Counted from the first letter of the stretch, positions 49,711-62,660 are shown. The stretch: DNA of 64,000 nucleotides from Octopus bimaculoides (GCF_001194135.2 NC_068981.1:194447784-194511783), one strand, 5' to 3'. The notes: generated by a model from the sequence alone, not told the origin. Numbers and translations: made by a program.

Positions 49711-50180
49711 TCATAAGGCTTATCTGAAATCTCTATCTGTGATATAATCTCATCACATCTGAGACAACCTCATGGTTTGCTGTGTCATGGTCTACACTTT
49801 CTCTCGCAAAGGATCTGGCAAAAAATGGGGTTTGTTTCTGTATCATTTCACAACTAACTGATATATAAGTTTTCTATCTTTTACTTGTTTCACTCATTAG
49901 ACTGTGGCCATGCTGGAACACTGCTTTGAATTTTTAGTCAAATTAATCGTCCCCAGTACTTATATATTTCTAAAGCCTGATACTTATTCTGTCAGACTCT
50001 TTAGCTGAACTGCTAAGTTAGGGGGATGTAAACACACCAACATACATACATACATGCATGTATGTGTGTATATATGATGAGCTTCTTTCAGTTTCCATCT
50101 ACCAAATCCACTCACAAGGCTTTGGTGATCCTAGTGCTATAGTAGAAGGCACTGATCCAAGGGGCCATGCAGTAGGGTTG

Positions 50181-50212
<32 letters not shown>

Positions 50213-51022
50213 TTAATGTCCGCTTTCCATGCTAGTATGGGTTGGACGGTTTGACTGAGGACTGACGAAGAAGATGGCTATGCCAGGCTCCAATCTGATT
50301 TGGCAGAGTTTCTACAGCTGGTTTTCTTGAGTGGCCTCCACAGAGCTCGGACTTGAATCTGATAGAAAATTTATAGAATTATGTTTCTAAAAGAGTTCAT
50401 GCTATAAAACCAACAAATTTGTCCCAATTATATAATTTTATTGAAGAAAGATGGCAGAACATTCCAAGTGTTTTTGTGCTTATTTGTTGAACTCCATGTC
50501 CCACGCTTTTGTAAGGCCATAATTGAAATTAATGGCTATGGAACTAGATACTAATAATAAATTTTTGTTTGTTGATCATTTGTGCCATAGATTTTCAATT
50601 TAACCAAAATAATGTTGGTATGGTCTTAAACTCATCTTGCCAGCAATTTTTAATCACTTGAATTAATTGTGCATTAAAATTATTCAAATTGTAGAAAGAT
50701 ATATAACACCTGTATCATTCGAAAGAGAAAAAAAAAATTCTACATAAACTGTAAAAAGTAAAATAATTTTATACAGTTTTGTTAAAAATAAATTAATGAA
50801 GGAGGAACACTGTCATCATCAGTCTTAAACTTATTTTGGCCAGTGTGTATATATATACACACACATATATATATATATATAATTTGAGTGGAGGCAATAC
50901 GAGCGGAAAACTTGAGGATTATGACCTATTATCCAGGATTGGATTTTTCGAATTGGCTAGAACCTAATTATGTGAGTTGTCCTTTTCTGTATTGTCTTCA
51001 TGGTGTCCTTCGTGTCGTGGAG

Positions 51023-51109
51023 CATCCTGATGACGGGAGTGTCTGGTTTCTTTAAAATATGAAATTTATGCCATATTAACTGACACGTCTCCGAAACGGC
51101 CCGTCGATG
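51023..51109 (+). ncRNA. Type I hammerhead ribozyme, canonical core, predicted GUC cleavage after 51105
   Basis: CATC (51023-26) CTGATGA (51027-33), long imperfect stem II, GAAA (51093-96), C GGCCC GTC (51097-105), GATG (51106-09) pairing with CATC. Confidence 0.75.
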
Positions 51110-51238
51110 GAATTTTGGATCCATTGAACATTGTCTGTAATTTGAGTATGTCCGTTTAATGCTTTAAAAATGTCTGACCTTCCACTTTCCACTCACATTT
51201 CGAACATGGGTTCTCATTCCTAAGGTATTTTTTTGATG

Positions 51239-51270
<32 letters not shown>

Positions 51271-51489
51271 TTATGTTTGACTTTTGCTTTGCATTTGTAC
51301 AAGTTGACTCCAAGTCTCACCCAGAGACCTGAAGAGACAACAAGTTAGAAGTTCAAGTTGGTGTTATACCTAGGGTGTCATATATTTGGTTTTGCACATA
51401 GTATTGTTCTAGAGAATATTTAAGAAACCATAAGGAAATTAGAAGTTTGTTTTAAAATTTAAGATTACATAGACAGTATTTTACATATT
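51271..51489 (-). mobile_element. Probable R4/Dong-like LINE 3' end with (AAT)n tail
   Basis: Minus strand KILSM* at 51465-51482 (RLE-type R.IL. ending), about 190 nt of UTR, then AAT repeat. Confidence 0.45.
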
Positions 51490-51825
51490 CATCATCATCA
51501 TCGTTTAACGTCTGCTTTCCATGCTGGCATGGGTTGGACGATTTGACTGAGGACTGGCGAACCAGATGGCTACACCAGGCTCCAATCTGATTTGGCAGAG
51601 TTTCTACAGCTGGATGCCCTTCCTAACGCTAACCACTCTGAGAGTATAGTGGGTGCTTTTTACGTACCACCGGCACGAGGGCCAGTCAGGCGGTAATGGC
51701 AACGGCCACGCTCAAATGGTGTTTTTTACGTGCCACCTGCACAGGAACCAGTCCAGCGGCACTGGCAACGAACTCGCTCGAATGTTTTCTAATGTGCCAG
51801 TAAGGCGATGCTGGTAACGATCACA
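51490..51825 (-). mobile_element. RTE 3' end (family C)
   Basis: Close match to other C copies. Confidence 0.9.
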
Positions 51826-52141
51826 TCACTGCCTGGAATCGAACTCAGAATCTTTGGGTTAGTAGCCCGCACTCTTAACCACTACGCCATATTCTCTATT
51901 GTAAATTCCTTTTCTCATCATTTACATGGTAATACAATTCTTTGTGTTAATATACCTCTTGTTGTGACAATTCCAAATATACTTCTTTCATTTTCTCTTA
52001 TATTCTCATATATAACTGCTCTTTTAGTTTACTTTAAGATCTTCCAAGATCTTTGGGCAACTTTCCAGTTTGAGCACTTAACTGGTGAGACCCAATATAG
52101 TTTGTCCTAAAAAGACTTACTTTATTAATTATCTAATTACA

Positions 52142-52338
52142 CTCTTTTACTCTTTTTCTCTTTTACTTGGCCATGCTGGAGCACCGCCTTTAGTCGAGCA
52201 AATCGACCCCAGGACTTATTCTTTTGTAAGCCTAGTACTTATTCTATTGGTCTCTTTTTGCCGAACCGTTAAGTTACGGGGACGCAAACACACCAGCATC
52301 GGTTGTCAAGCGATGCTGGGGGGACAAGCACAGACACA

Positions 52339-52379
<41 letters not shown>

Positions 52380-52545
52380 GACGGGCTTCTTTCAGTTTCG
52401 TTTACCAAATCCACTCACAAGGTTTTGGTCAGTTCGAGGCTATAGTAGAAGACACTTGCCCAAGGTACCATGCAGTGGGACTGAACCTGGAACCATGTGG
52501 TTGGTAAGGAAGCTACTTACTACACAGCCACTCCTGCACCTATAT
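52142..52545 (-). mobile_element. SINE family A, full length
   Basis: Complete. Confidence 0.9.
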
Positions 52546-52577
52546 ATATAAATTTTTTCTTCATTTATATATTAATG

Positions 52578-53007
52578 TTATTTTATTAGTTTAATGCCTG
52601 TCCATTGTCTGGAAATCTTTTGTCACGCATCTGTGACCTCTTCAGTGACATTTTTCATTTCTGTGTGTGTTCTTGCTCCACTTACTCCATTCTGTTCTTC
52701 TAAGATGTATATCCTTATGTGTACATGTGTTTGTGTCCTTGTTTGTGTGTGTGTATGCCTGTGTGTGTGTGTGTGTCATAGCTTTTAGCAGCAGTGTGGC
52801 CTTTCTCTCAGCCCTAACCTCTCACCCCGCAGCGCTGCTTCTGTCCTAAGGTCCAAGAAAGAAAAAAAAAAAAAGGGTACAGTTCCTGTACAGAATGGAG
52901 TAAGTGGAGCAAGAACACACATGGAAATGAAAAGTGTTCCTGAAGAGGTCACAGATGTGTGACAAAAGATTTCCAGACAATGGACAGGCATTAAAATAAT
53001 AAAATAA
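52578..53007. repeat. 118-bp inverted repeat with 194-bp spacer
   Basis: Arms 52578-52695 and 52890-53007, 7 mismatches by manual alignment. Confidence 0.9.
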
Positions 53008-53829
53008 GAACAATAATAAAAGAGTGAAGAAAATCAAAAAAAATCTAGTTTGTGTGTTTATTTGGCAAAAAAAAAATTAAAAGAAATAAAATGACCATCC
53101 TGAAATACAACAATATATATATAGATATGCACATACATACACATTTCTCTTTGTAATCACTTGATTTGTAAGAAATAATAGTCAAATCTCCTTCAACTCA
53201 CACTCTACTGTTTTATAAGAAGATTGATTCAGTGGATGGTGTAGTACCAGTTATACTATATCTAAAAATAAGACCAAGTGGTCATGGTTGGATGGTCTTT
53301 GTCCATAAATCTGCGAATCAGGACCAACATCAACTTTGTTTTTATTCCCAGCTTCATCATCCCGAAGTCAGACCATTGCTTCTCTACCATGACTCTTTTC
53401 CTCTCTCTCTCTCTTCTCTCTTCTCTGTCTTCTTTCTCTCTCTCTCTTCTCTGTCTTCTTTCTCTCTCTCTCTCTTCTCTGTCTTCTTTCTCTCTCTCTC
53501 TTCTCTGTCTTCTTTCTCTCTCTTCTCTCTCTCTTCCCCTCCCTTCCTCTTTCGCCCAATTTTGTAGCCATGGAAACTCGTGACCTCTAACCCATGGTTT
53601 ACTTCAGTATATTTCTGAGTCAGACTTGGTGTCTGTGGTTAAGTAGACTGAAATATATGAATCATAGTCAAANNNNNNNNNNNNNNNNNNNNNNNNNNNN
53701 NNNNNNNNNNNNNNNNNNNNNNNNNNNNNNNNNNNNNNNNNNNNNNNNNNNNNNNNNNNNNNNNNNNNNNNNNNNNNNNNNNNNNNNNNNNNNNNNNNNN
53801 NNNNNNNNNNNNNNNNNNNNNNNNNNNNN

Positions 53830-53861
<32 letters not shown>

Positions 53862-54531
53862 TTTAGTTGCTGAGTCCTCTCTGGACACTTGCTCACTCCC
53901 CATTGGCCAGCTGAACAACCACCACCACCACCATCTCCACCCTCTCCTGTTCAGTCAGATGTTCTGCTTGCCACTGTTGTGCATGGTGACCACACTCACG
54001 CATCCATGTATACACACACGCACAACCACACACACACACACACATGCATGCATGTGCGCGCACACACACACACGCGCACACACAGAGTTAACAAATACTC
54101 TCAGCTAAGTATATCTGTGTATGTTGCCTGACCCTATCACCACACCCACATCCACTCCCACCTGATGCAACCTATCATAAAAAAATGCTCCAGCTGGGCA
54201 CGCCTAATGCAGTGTTCAGTTGGACGTTGTGTGGTCTATATTGCATGGCACAGTGCTTGTGTGTTGTGGTTCGAGGCTGGTGGTGTTGCGATGATAGCAG
54301 TCTAGGGAGGGGAGGCAGTGGGGCTGTATGGCCCAAGGGTGGGGAGTTACATACAAGGTTATACTGTGTTGCAAGGTGGTGTGTGGCAAGACTGGATGTT
54401 TGGTGTGTTGTGGTGCGAATGGTATGGGTGAGTGGGTGGTTGGGGAGGTGTACCACTGGATATTGCAGTGGCATTAATGGAATTACGAATATGATGGATG
54501 CTTAAAGAAAAACATTTCTGTAAAATCTGTT

Positions 54532-54703
54532 GGGCGTAGGAGTGACTGTGCGGTAAGTAGTTTGCTTACGAACCACATGGTTCCTGTTTCAGTCCCACTG
54601 CGTGGCACCTTGGGTAAGTGTCTTCTACTATAGCCTCGGAGCAACCAAAGCCTTGTGAATGGATTTGGTAGACGGAAACTGAAAGAAGCCCGTCGTATAT
54701 ATG

Positions 54704-54743
<40 letters not shown>

Positions 54744-54920
54744 TGTGTCTGTGTTTGTCCCCCACCATCGCTTGACAACCGATGCTGGTGTGTCTATGTC
54801 CCCGTAACTTAGTGGTTTAGCAAAAGAGACCGATAGAATAAGTACTGGGCTTACAAAGAATAAGGGGTCGATTTGCTGGCCGCAGTCAAATGACTGAAAC
54901 AAGTAAAAGAGTAAAAGAGA
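54532..54920 (+). mobile_element. SINE family A, full length
   Basis: Complete. Confidence 0.9.
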
Positions 54921-56093
54921 GTTAAAGAGCTTATAAACAGGTTTGATTAAGTGCCTGTTAAATTGTTAAATGATGGTTCCTCCTCTTGACTCTAGAAAAG
55001 CAAGATTTAATTTTCAGAACCCCTCCCCACCACCACCACCACGTTTCTATGGAGACCATCTCTCTTGGTGGCCTGAATCATATTTTCTGTAAAGAAGTAC
55101 TTAAGTTGTCATCTTTCTTAACACTTGTACTGAAGCATTTACCATTCTCGGTGCCATGTTTATAGGTTGGCATGGGTTGGACGGTTTGACTGAGGACTGG
55201 CAAGCCAGAAGGCTGCACCAGGCTCCAATCTGACCTGACAAGGTTTCTACAACTAGATACCCTTCCTAACACCAACCACTCTGAGAGTGTAGTGGGTGCT
55301 TTTTACGTGCCACTGGCACAAGAATCTGGTCTTGGATTGAACCTGAAACCACATGGTCATGAAGCAAACATCTTAACCATGCACCCATACCGAATTTTAC
55401 ACAAAACCACTGCAACAACAACAACAACAATACTATCCACCCAACTGATACTAAGCCGTGAAGAATGGGATGTAAAATGATGAAAATCGTGTTAGATTAA
55501 TGTAGTTTATTAATGATTTGAGATGATTAACTGATTAAATCCTAATAACCTGTTGACTTAATTCAAACAGCTCTTCTCTAAGCTGTAATTTCAGCTGTTA
55601 CACTTAGTAACCGTCCTCCCACCCTCGTCTATTCGTGAGGAGGACGAGAATGGTGAGGATGTTTACACAGCATAAACAAGGTATTGTTGGTTATAGGTGT
55701 TTTTTTTTAATATTTATCTTTGTTTCATCTCCTCCTGCCGACGTCAAATCAATTCTAAACAACATCAGAATAATGTGGTATTAAGAGACGATTTGTCTTA
55801 AGTGTATGGTTTTTTAATTAATTTTCTTTTTTCTTTTCTTATTTGTCTTATCACTCTTCTTGAACTCGTCTCGGTTTTTGCTCTGCAGCTATGTTGGGAC
55901 ACTACCTCCAAGGATTTCGGTCAAACAAATCAATTTCAGTTCTTAGCTTTCTTGTTTTTTTCCTAAAGCCTGATACTTATTCTATCAGTCTCTCTTGACG
56001 AACTGCTTAGTTATAGTGATGTAAATAAGCCAATACCAGTTGTCAAACAGTGGTGAAAGACAAGCGCACACACACACACACACACATATGTAT

Positions 56094-56505
56094 CAGGGAC
56101 GTGCCACCTTAGTAAGCAAGGTAGGCACTGCCTACCTTGAAAAAAAAAACAGATCGATAGCAACATTTCCCTTTTATGGTAAAATATGCACCTAATTCAA
56201 TAAAATCATGAATGTTACTCTGATTATTATGCATAAAATACAAAATGTTGTATTTTTTTGTAGATTAGGTTGGCATAATTCGCACCTGCTTTTCAATCTC
56301 AGTATTTAAGCTACGCATAATACTGCTGTAGTACATGTGCTGCATACACTTTTACAACACCGTTTTTTTTTTGCGTGCTATAAAAGCAGAAGTAAATCTG
56401 CCTTCCACTCAGTCGTGCACCTGTGTTTCACTTATTTTTTGTGTGTTTTACTATATAAAGGTCACCAACTGCCTACCCTGAGTAATTACTGACAGCACGT
56501 ACCTG
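56094..56505. mobile_element. hAT-type MITE
   Basis: TIRs cagggacgtgc / gcacgtacctg; subterminal actgcctacc repeats; TSD 6/8 match. Confidence 0.65.
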
Positions 56506-56717
56506 GTATATATACATATATATATGATTTGGCAGAGTTTCTACAGCTGGATGCCCTTCCTAACGCCAACCACTCCGAGAGTGTAGTGGATGCTTTTACG
56601 TGCCACTGGCACATTTGTTTTCTCCATCTGTTTTCTCTCCAAACGTCAAAAACTTCTTCCGTTTTACCTGAGTGTCAAACTAATACATCTTGTTTGTTGT
56701 TTCCGCATATGTCTCTG

Positions 56718-56751
<34 letters not shown>

Positions 56752-56959
56752 ATGTCTGCTTTCCATGCTGGCATGGGTGGGACGGATTGACAGGAGCCGG
56801 CCAGGCAGAAGCCTGCACCAGACTTCTGTGACTGTTTTGGCAGGATTTTTACAGCTGGATGCCCTTCCAAATGCCAACCACTCAGCAGAGCATATGTATA
56901 TACACACACACACATATATATGCATGTATATATATATCTGTATGTGTGTGTGTGTGTGA

Positions 56960-57205
56960 TTATGTGACCGACCAAACTATCAGATGTTGTTTCACATTAC
57001 TGGTCACAAAGTGCTTTGCATTGTTTTGACCTTCAGCCCATGGGCGAGGTGAGCAGATCAACATTCGCCCTCCCCCACTGCTTGAACGGGGAACTGGAGC
57101 AGTGTGAAACAAAGTGTTTTGCTCAAGAATACCACATGTTACCCAGTCTGGGAACTGAACCATGATTTAGTGATTGTAAGTGCAACAGTCTAACCACTAG
57201 GTCAC
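56960..57205 (-). mobile_element. tRNA SINE (family G)
   Basis: Head reverse complement ggcatgtgacctagtggttagactgttgcac; related to 44630-44830. Confidence 0.7.
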
Positions 57206-57221
57206 ATGCCTTCATGTATAC

Positions 57222-57258
<37 letters not shown>

Positions 57259-58463
57259 TTGTGTGTACATACACACACACACACACACAATAGGCTTCCC
57301 TACAGTTTCCATCTATCAAATTCATTCACAAGGTATTGGTTAGCTAAGGGGCTATAATAGAAAACACTAAAGCACTTTTCTGAAGGCACCATACAATGGG
57401 ATTGAACCCACAACCACACAGTTGCAAAACAGGCTTCTTGACCACACAGCCATGTCTGCATGCTTTACACATTCTATTTAATCAATGTTGTTGTGTTCTT
57501 CTATTTGAAAAAAAAAAAGACATTTTTTATTTTTTTCTTGTTTCCAACTTGATTCCAAACAGTTATTGTTTTTTTTTTGTATGTGTGTGTGTGTTTATTT
57601 GCTTGTTTAAGCAGTTATTTACGACTCATGAATCACCAATTTACAGGAATATATATATATTTTTTTCACTGTTTAACGATCGCTCTTAAATTAAACAACT
57701 AGGTTACTAAGATGAAGTTTTCACTGTTATGTCTCTGCTTTTCATTATCGTTATTTTTTCTCATTAAACACACACATGCACGCGCATGCGCGTATACTTT
57801 CTACGGTGGCGTTGAAGACGGCGAATGTCTTTTACCACAAAACACTTGATATTCTCTTTAAAACTGTAAGGAATATATTAAAAAGAAAAGAAAAGGGACA
57901 GAAGCAAACAAATCACCCTCCATACCATCTGTAGACAAACGGAAGCCATTCCGAAGAATACAGTATTATATTTCTGTGACATACATGGATTGTTCAAAGT
58001 AAATGTATCAGAATACATAATATTGATTATTTTCTATCACTGATAATTATTTAACAATTCCCGCTAATAATTGTCTCTCTTTCTCTTTCTCTCTCTCTCC
58101 TTATCGAAACATTCTTTTCATTATTCTAAAAATGTTCTCTATTATTCTACATATTGATGCGCTAAACTGGAGTTTAACAAAAAATTTTTTTTTTTTATCT
58201 GGTGTTGTTGTTGTGGTGGTAGTAGTTGTCATGGTGATGGCTGTTTTTCTGTTCGCCGTGGTTATTGTTGTCGTCTTGGTGGTAGTGGTTATAGTGGTGG
58301 TGGTTGTTGTGGTCAGGGTGATGTTTGCAGTGGTGGTAGTGGTTGTATGATTATGGTAATTGTTGCAGTTATAATTGTGGTGGTGGCAGCAGTAGGTGTT
58401 GTGGTAGTGGTTTTTACTCGCGTTGCTGTTGTGTAGTTGCTGTGGTAGTAGTGATAGTTGTTG

Positions 58464-58509
<46 letters not shown>

Positions 58510-59065
58510 GGTGGTGAGCTGGCAGAATCATTAACACACCAGACAAAAATGCTTGGCAGCATTTGATCCGTCTTTATGTTCTGAGTTCAAATTCTGCTGA
58601 GGTCAACGTCACCTTTTATCATTCTGGGGTCAGTAAAATAAGTACCAGAAGACGGCCAGCTGGCAGAATCGTCAGCACACTGGGTGAAATGCTTGGTGGT
58701 ATTTCATCTGCCGCTATGTTCTGAGTTCAAATTCCGTCGAGGTCGACTTTACTTTTCATCCTTTCGGGGTCGATTAAATAAGTACCAGTTACGCACTGGG
58801 GTCGATGTAATCAACTTAATCCCTTTATCTGTCCTTGTTTGTCCCCTCTATGTTTAACCCCCTGTGGGCAATAAAGAAATAAAAAAATGTAATTGATTTT
58901 ACCCCCTACTCCCAAAATTGCTGGCCTTGTGCCAAAATGTGAAATTATTATTATTATTAAACTGGTGAGCTGGCAGAGTTGCTAGCATACTGGACAAAAT
59001 GCTTAGCAGTAGGTCAACATTACTTGTCTTCCTTGCAGGGAGTCAATGAAATAAACACCACTTGG
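58510..59065 (+). mobile_element. SINE family B cluster (B2 inserted in B1, plus a further head)
   Basis: B1 5' part 58510-58648, B2 about 58650-58880, B1 tail about 58885-58950, new head about 58960. Confidence 0.8.
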
Positions 59066-59514
59066 NNNNNNNNNNNNNNNNNNNNNNNNNNNNNNNNNNN
59101 NNNNNNNNNNNNNNNNNNNNNNNNNNNNNNNNNNNNNNNNNNNNNNNNNNNNNNNNNNNNNNNNNNNNNNNNNNNNNNNNNNNNNNNNNNNNNNNNNNNN
59201 NNGTCTTGTGGCTATAACAGAAGAGATTCTTCTGGTCATTGTTATTGTAGTGATAGTGAAGGTCAGCCTTTAAACTTTCTTTTTTAATGGTCTCCAAGAC
59301 TGACAGCAACATCATCATCATTTAACGTCTGCTTTCCATGCTGGCATGGGTTGGATGGTTTGACTGAGGTCTGGTAAGCCAGGAGGCTGCCCCAGGCTCC
59401 AATCTGATCTGGAAGTGTTTCTACAGCTGGATGCCCTTCCTAACACCAACCACTCCAGAGAGTGTAGTGGGTGCTTTTTACATGGCACTGGCATGAGGGC
59501 CTCCACAGATCCAC

Positions 59515-59972
59515 TCACTTTCACCAAATGTCCTCCCTCAAATGGTCTGAGGGATGAATTCTTGATGCACAATACCACATTTCCAGGGGTGGTGCTCTTG
59601 GCAGGTATTTTAGATTGCTCATCATTTTCTAGGGATATTCTTCCGGTGCCACTCGAAACATTGTGTAAGACCCACTGCCTTGTCACTTGTTGAAGCATGT
59701 TCAATGTCTCTGTAGCAGACTTCCCAAGTTTAATGCAAGATTTCTCATTGGCACTTTGTTCCATCTTCCTGACCATGACAAAAACCACAGACTACAGCAT
59801 ACACATGACCACAAAAACACAAATCTCACAACTTGTGAGGCAAACACAGCGATGTCACTTGGCCCACTGCCTCATGATGGTCATTGCTAGCTCTCACAGT
59901 GCATGCAACCATGTGCTACCATCTATTGGCAGGCTACAGAACTAGACCGGGGACTTTTTTGATGCCACCTCG
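59515..59972 (-). mobile_element. Internally deleted mariner, 5' end with TIR
   Basis: TIR cgaggtggcatcaaaaaagtccccgg after TA; MEQSANEKSCIKLGKSATETLNMLQQ..SLENDEQS. Confidence 0.85.
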
Positions 59973-60547
59973 TACATCAATAGAAGGTGTAAAAAATACA
60001 AAAAAAAAAAACAGACAAAAAAGCCAACTGCTCTCAATGAATCTTTTAGTCACATCCAATTAAAGTAATCCCTTGTTAATTTTGCATGAAATATCATACC
60101 TGGTAATTCTAATTCCATTCACCCCCACTCACCTTCATCATTAATGCCTTCCCGCCATCCTTTAGTGATGATATCAGTCATATTTGTCCTATGAATGATG
60201 ACAGAGAATATTGTAAATTTTTTTTATTCTGTTGGATTAAGTTGTTGTAAATGAGGCCTTACAAGTGACAATTATGAATTTATTAAGAGTTATGGGTTCA
60301 TTAAATGCAAAGCAAGAAATAATTTCTGTAATTAATTTTGCTTTTTATTTAAAATTTTTTTTTGGTGTTTCAAAAAGTTTGAAAAAAAACAAGAAATTAA
60401 TGACAACAAAACTGTTGTTCGTTAACCAGAAATTATTTCTTTCAGATCTGTCGATTCTGTTGTTCTGTTTCCATTTGACGACTTCTTTACTTGCTTTAGT
60501 CATTAGACTGAGGTCATGCTGGGGCACCACCTTGAAGATTTTTAGCA

Positions 60548-61547
60548 GAATGTGGTGGTCAGATAAGATGTTCAACTTCACTAGAATGTTTCTTATGCCA
60601 TTCAGTAACAACTTTAGCTGTGTGAATTGGTGCATTATCATCCTGAAAGATTGTGTTTCCCTCCGGAAACAGTTCTTCAACCATAGGATGATTTTGATCA
60701 GATAAAATGCTTAAATAGTCTTGATAATTAATTCTGCCATGGAAGGAAACCACTGGGCTGGCGTATTTCCAAGATATAGACCCCCACCAAATCATCACAG
60801 ATTCTCCTCCATGTTTAACAGCTGGAAGAAGGCAATCTGGGTCAAATGCTTCTTTTGGCTGTCTCCACATGTATACTCGGCTGGTGGTCGGAAATAAGGT
60901 AAAGGATGACTCGTCTGAGAAAATAACATTCTTCCACTGCTTTAGGGACCAATTCTATAGGTTTTTACTCCACTCTAAACACTTTTCAACATTTGTTTTT
61001 GAAAGTTGTTTTCTGATTGCAGCCCTCCCATGAAATCCGGCTTTGTGCAGCTCCCAGCGAACGGTTTTTGTGGAGACTGGGTTCTCGAGGTGGTCATTAA
61101 GCTCTGCAGTAATTTTGGGAACTGTACTTTTGTGATCCTTTCTAACAATTTGCGTAAGAGTTCAATGGTCCCTATTTGAAAGATTTAGTCTTCTTCCGGA
61201 GTTTTGTTTCGACGAGGTTTTTCCCTCTTTCTCAAAGGCTGTCATTACTTTCAAGACAGTACTTCTTGATACACCAAACATTTTGGCTGTTTTCATTATG
61301 CTGGCACCTGCCATACGAGCACCAACAATTTGACCTCTTTGAAAGTCCAATAGATCTGTCATTTTAATGACTTTTAATTACCTTTTTCTAATATCTGAAA
61401 AGAAAGAGCAATTTTAGGAAAACGTATTAAGCAACACTAATAATAAATCAAAAAACATAAAAATAAACAAGTTTTTGATGGTTTTGTAGATATTTCAAAT
61501 TATAATGCTATGATGCTAGGTGCTTCCATTATTTTGTCCAACCCCTG
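60548..61547 (-). mobile_element. Tc1 transposon, 3'-truncated pseudogenised transposase
   Basis: TIR caggggttggacaaaataatgg after TA; MTDLLDFQRGQIVGARMAGAS.., IFSDESSF, VKHGGESVMIW, FQDDNAPIH; ends before the catalytic E. Confidence 0.95.
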
Positions 61548-61649
61548 TATATATGTGTTTGTCTCTACCACTGTTCAATAGCCTATGTTGGTGCATTTAT
61601 GTTTCTGTAACTTAGAAGTTCAGCAAAAGAAACTGATGAATAAGTACCA

Positions 61650-62260
61650 GATGTTTGAATGGAGGCAGATTGATGTGTGCTGCATTCAGGAAGTAAAGTG
61701 GAGGGGTGCTTCAGCCAGGCTCCTCACAGGCAAAAAAACAAAAAACAAAAACAAAACAAGTATAAAATCTTCTGGGAATGTGGTGTGGGCATACTCCTAG
61801 CTGAGAAATGGGTGGATAATGTGATTGAAGTAGAGTGCGCAATATAGTACTTAAGCTTAGATTAGTTTTGCAAAATAGTACAGCAACAATTATCACTGCC
61901 AAATGAACAAAAGGATTGCTTTTATGATATTTTTTTGCAGACTACCTCAAAAACAAATAAGTGACCTTCTCTTCGTGGTTAGTGACTTCAGTGGACATGG
62001 TTGTTCAAAATCACAAAGACTTTCCCTGGTGAAAAATGTCCCCCCTCAGCATAGGTTAGTCATTAGTAACCTCAGCCTACAGGATAGAAGGATTTCAAGA
62101 AGCAGATCAGTTTGGAAAAGAAAGATCTAGCAGGTTAAGGAACCTCTGAATGGCCAGAGATTTAGAGACCGCTCAAATGAAGCATTTAATGAGAAAGAGG
62201 AGGAGTTAGGAGCGTGTAATACAGAGGATAACCGGAAGTTCCTTAAAGAGGGCAACATAT
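61650..62260 (+). mobile_element. RTE LINE apurinic-endonuclease region, deleted and degraded
   Basis: IDVCCIQEVKWRGASARLLTGK..GVGILLAEKWVD..SDFSGH..PQHRLVIS. Confidence 0.85.
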
Positions 62261-62441
62261 TGAAACCACGGTATTAAATTGGAGAGGGAGGTGTTAGTAC
62301 CAACCAAGAAGCTGGTGATGATCGTGGTGGTGGTGGTGGTGGTGGTGGTGGTAGTGAAGTTGGTGAGTTGTTAAAGCTACTTACCCCGGTTTGGTTTAAC
62401 AGTAGATGAGATTTGGGGAGAGAATAAAACAAGGAGTTGTT

Positions 62442-62660
62442 TCTTTTACTTGTTTCAGTCATTAGACTGTGGCCATACTGCAGCACTGCCTTTGTGAACT
62501 TTAGTCAAATGAATCAACTTCGGTACTTTTTTTTTTTAAATCCTGCTATTTATTCTATATGTCGCTTTTGCCAAATTGCTTAGTAGTTATGGGAACATAA
62601 ACAAACCAACACTGGTTGTCAAGTGGTGGTAGTGGACAAATACAGACACAATGACATTGC

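Larger units (their letters stand above)
51197..51892 (-). mobile_element. SINE family D copy 5, interrupted by RTE and R4/Dong-like 3' ends
   Basis: Head 51826-51892; body 51197-51270 ends at ttcgaaat, just before the hammerhead position. Confidence 0.85.

Noticed and set aside
52812-52819. CCCTAACC as a telomerase RNA template
   Set aside because: Only 8 nt, expected by chance, with no supporting structure seen.
57780-57793. NRF1-like palindrome ACGCGCATGCGCGT
   Set aside because: Continuous with a (CA)n tract, so probably microsatellite variation; no CpG island or gene start nearby.
13688-59321. Long ORFs containing X runs (for example 36420-37586, 13688-14375)
   Set aside because: Their length comes from N gaps.
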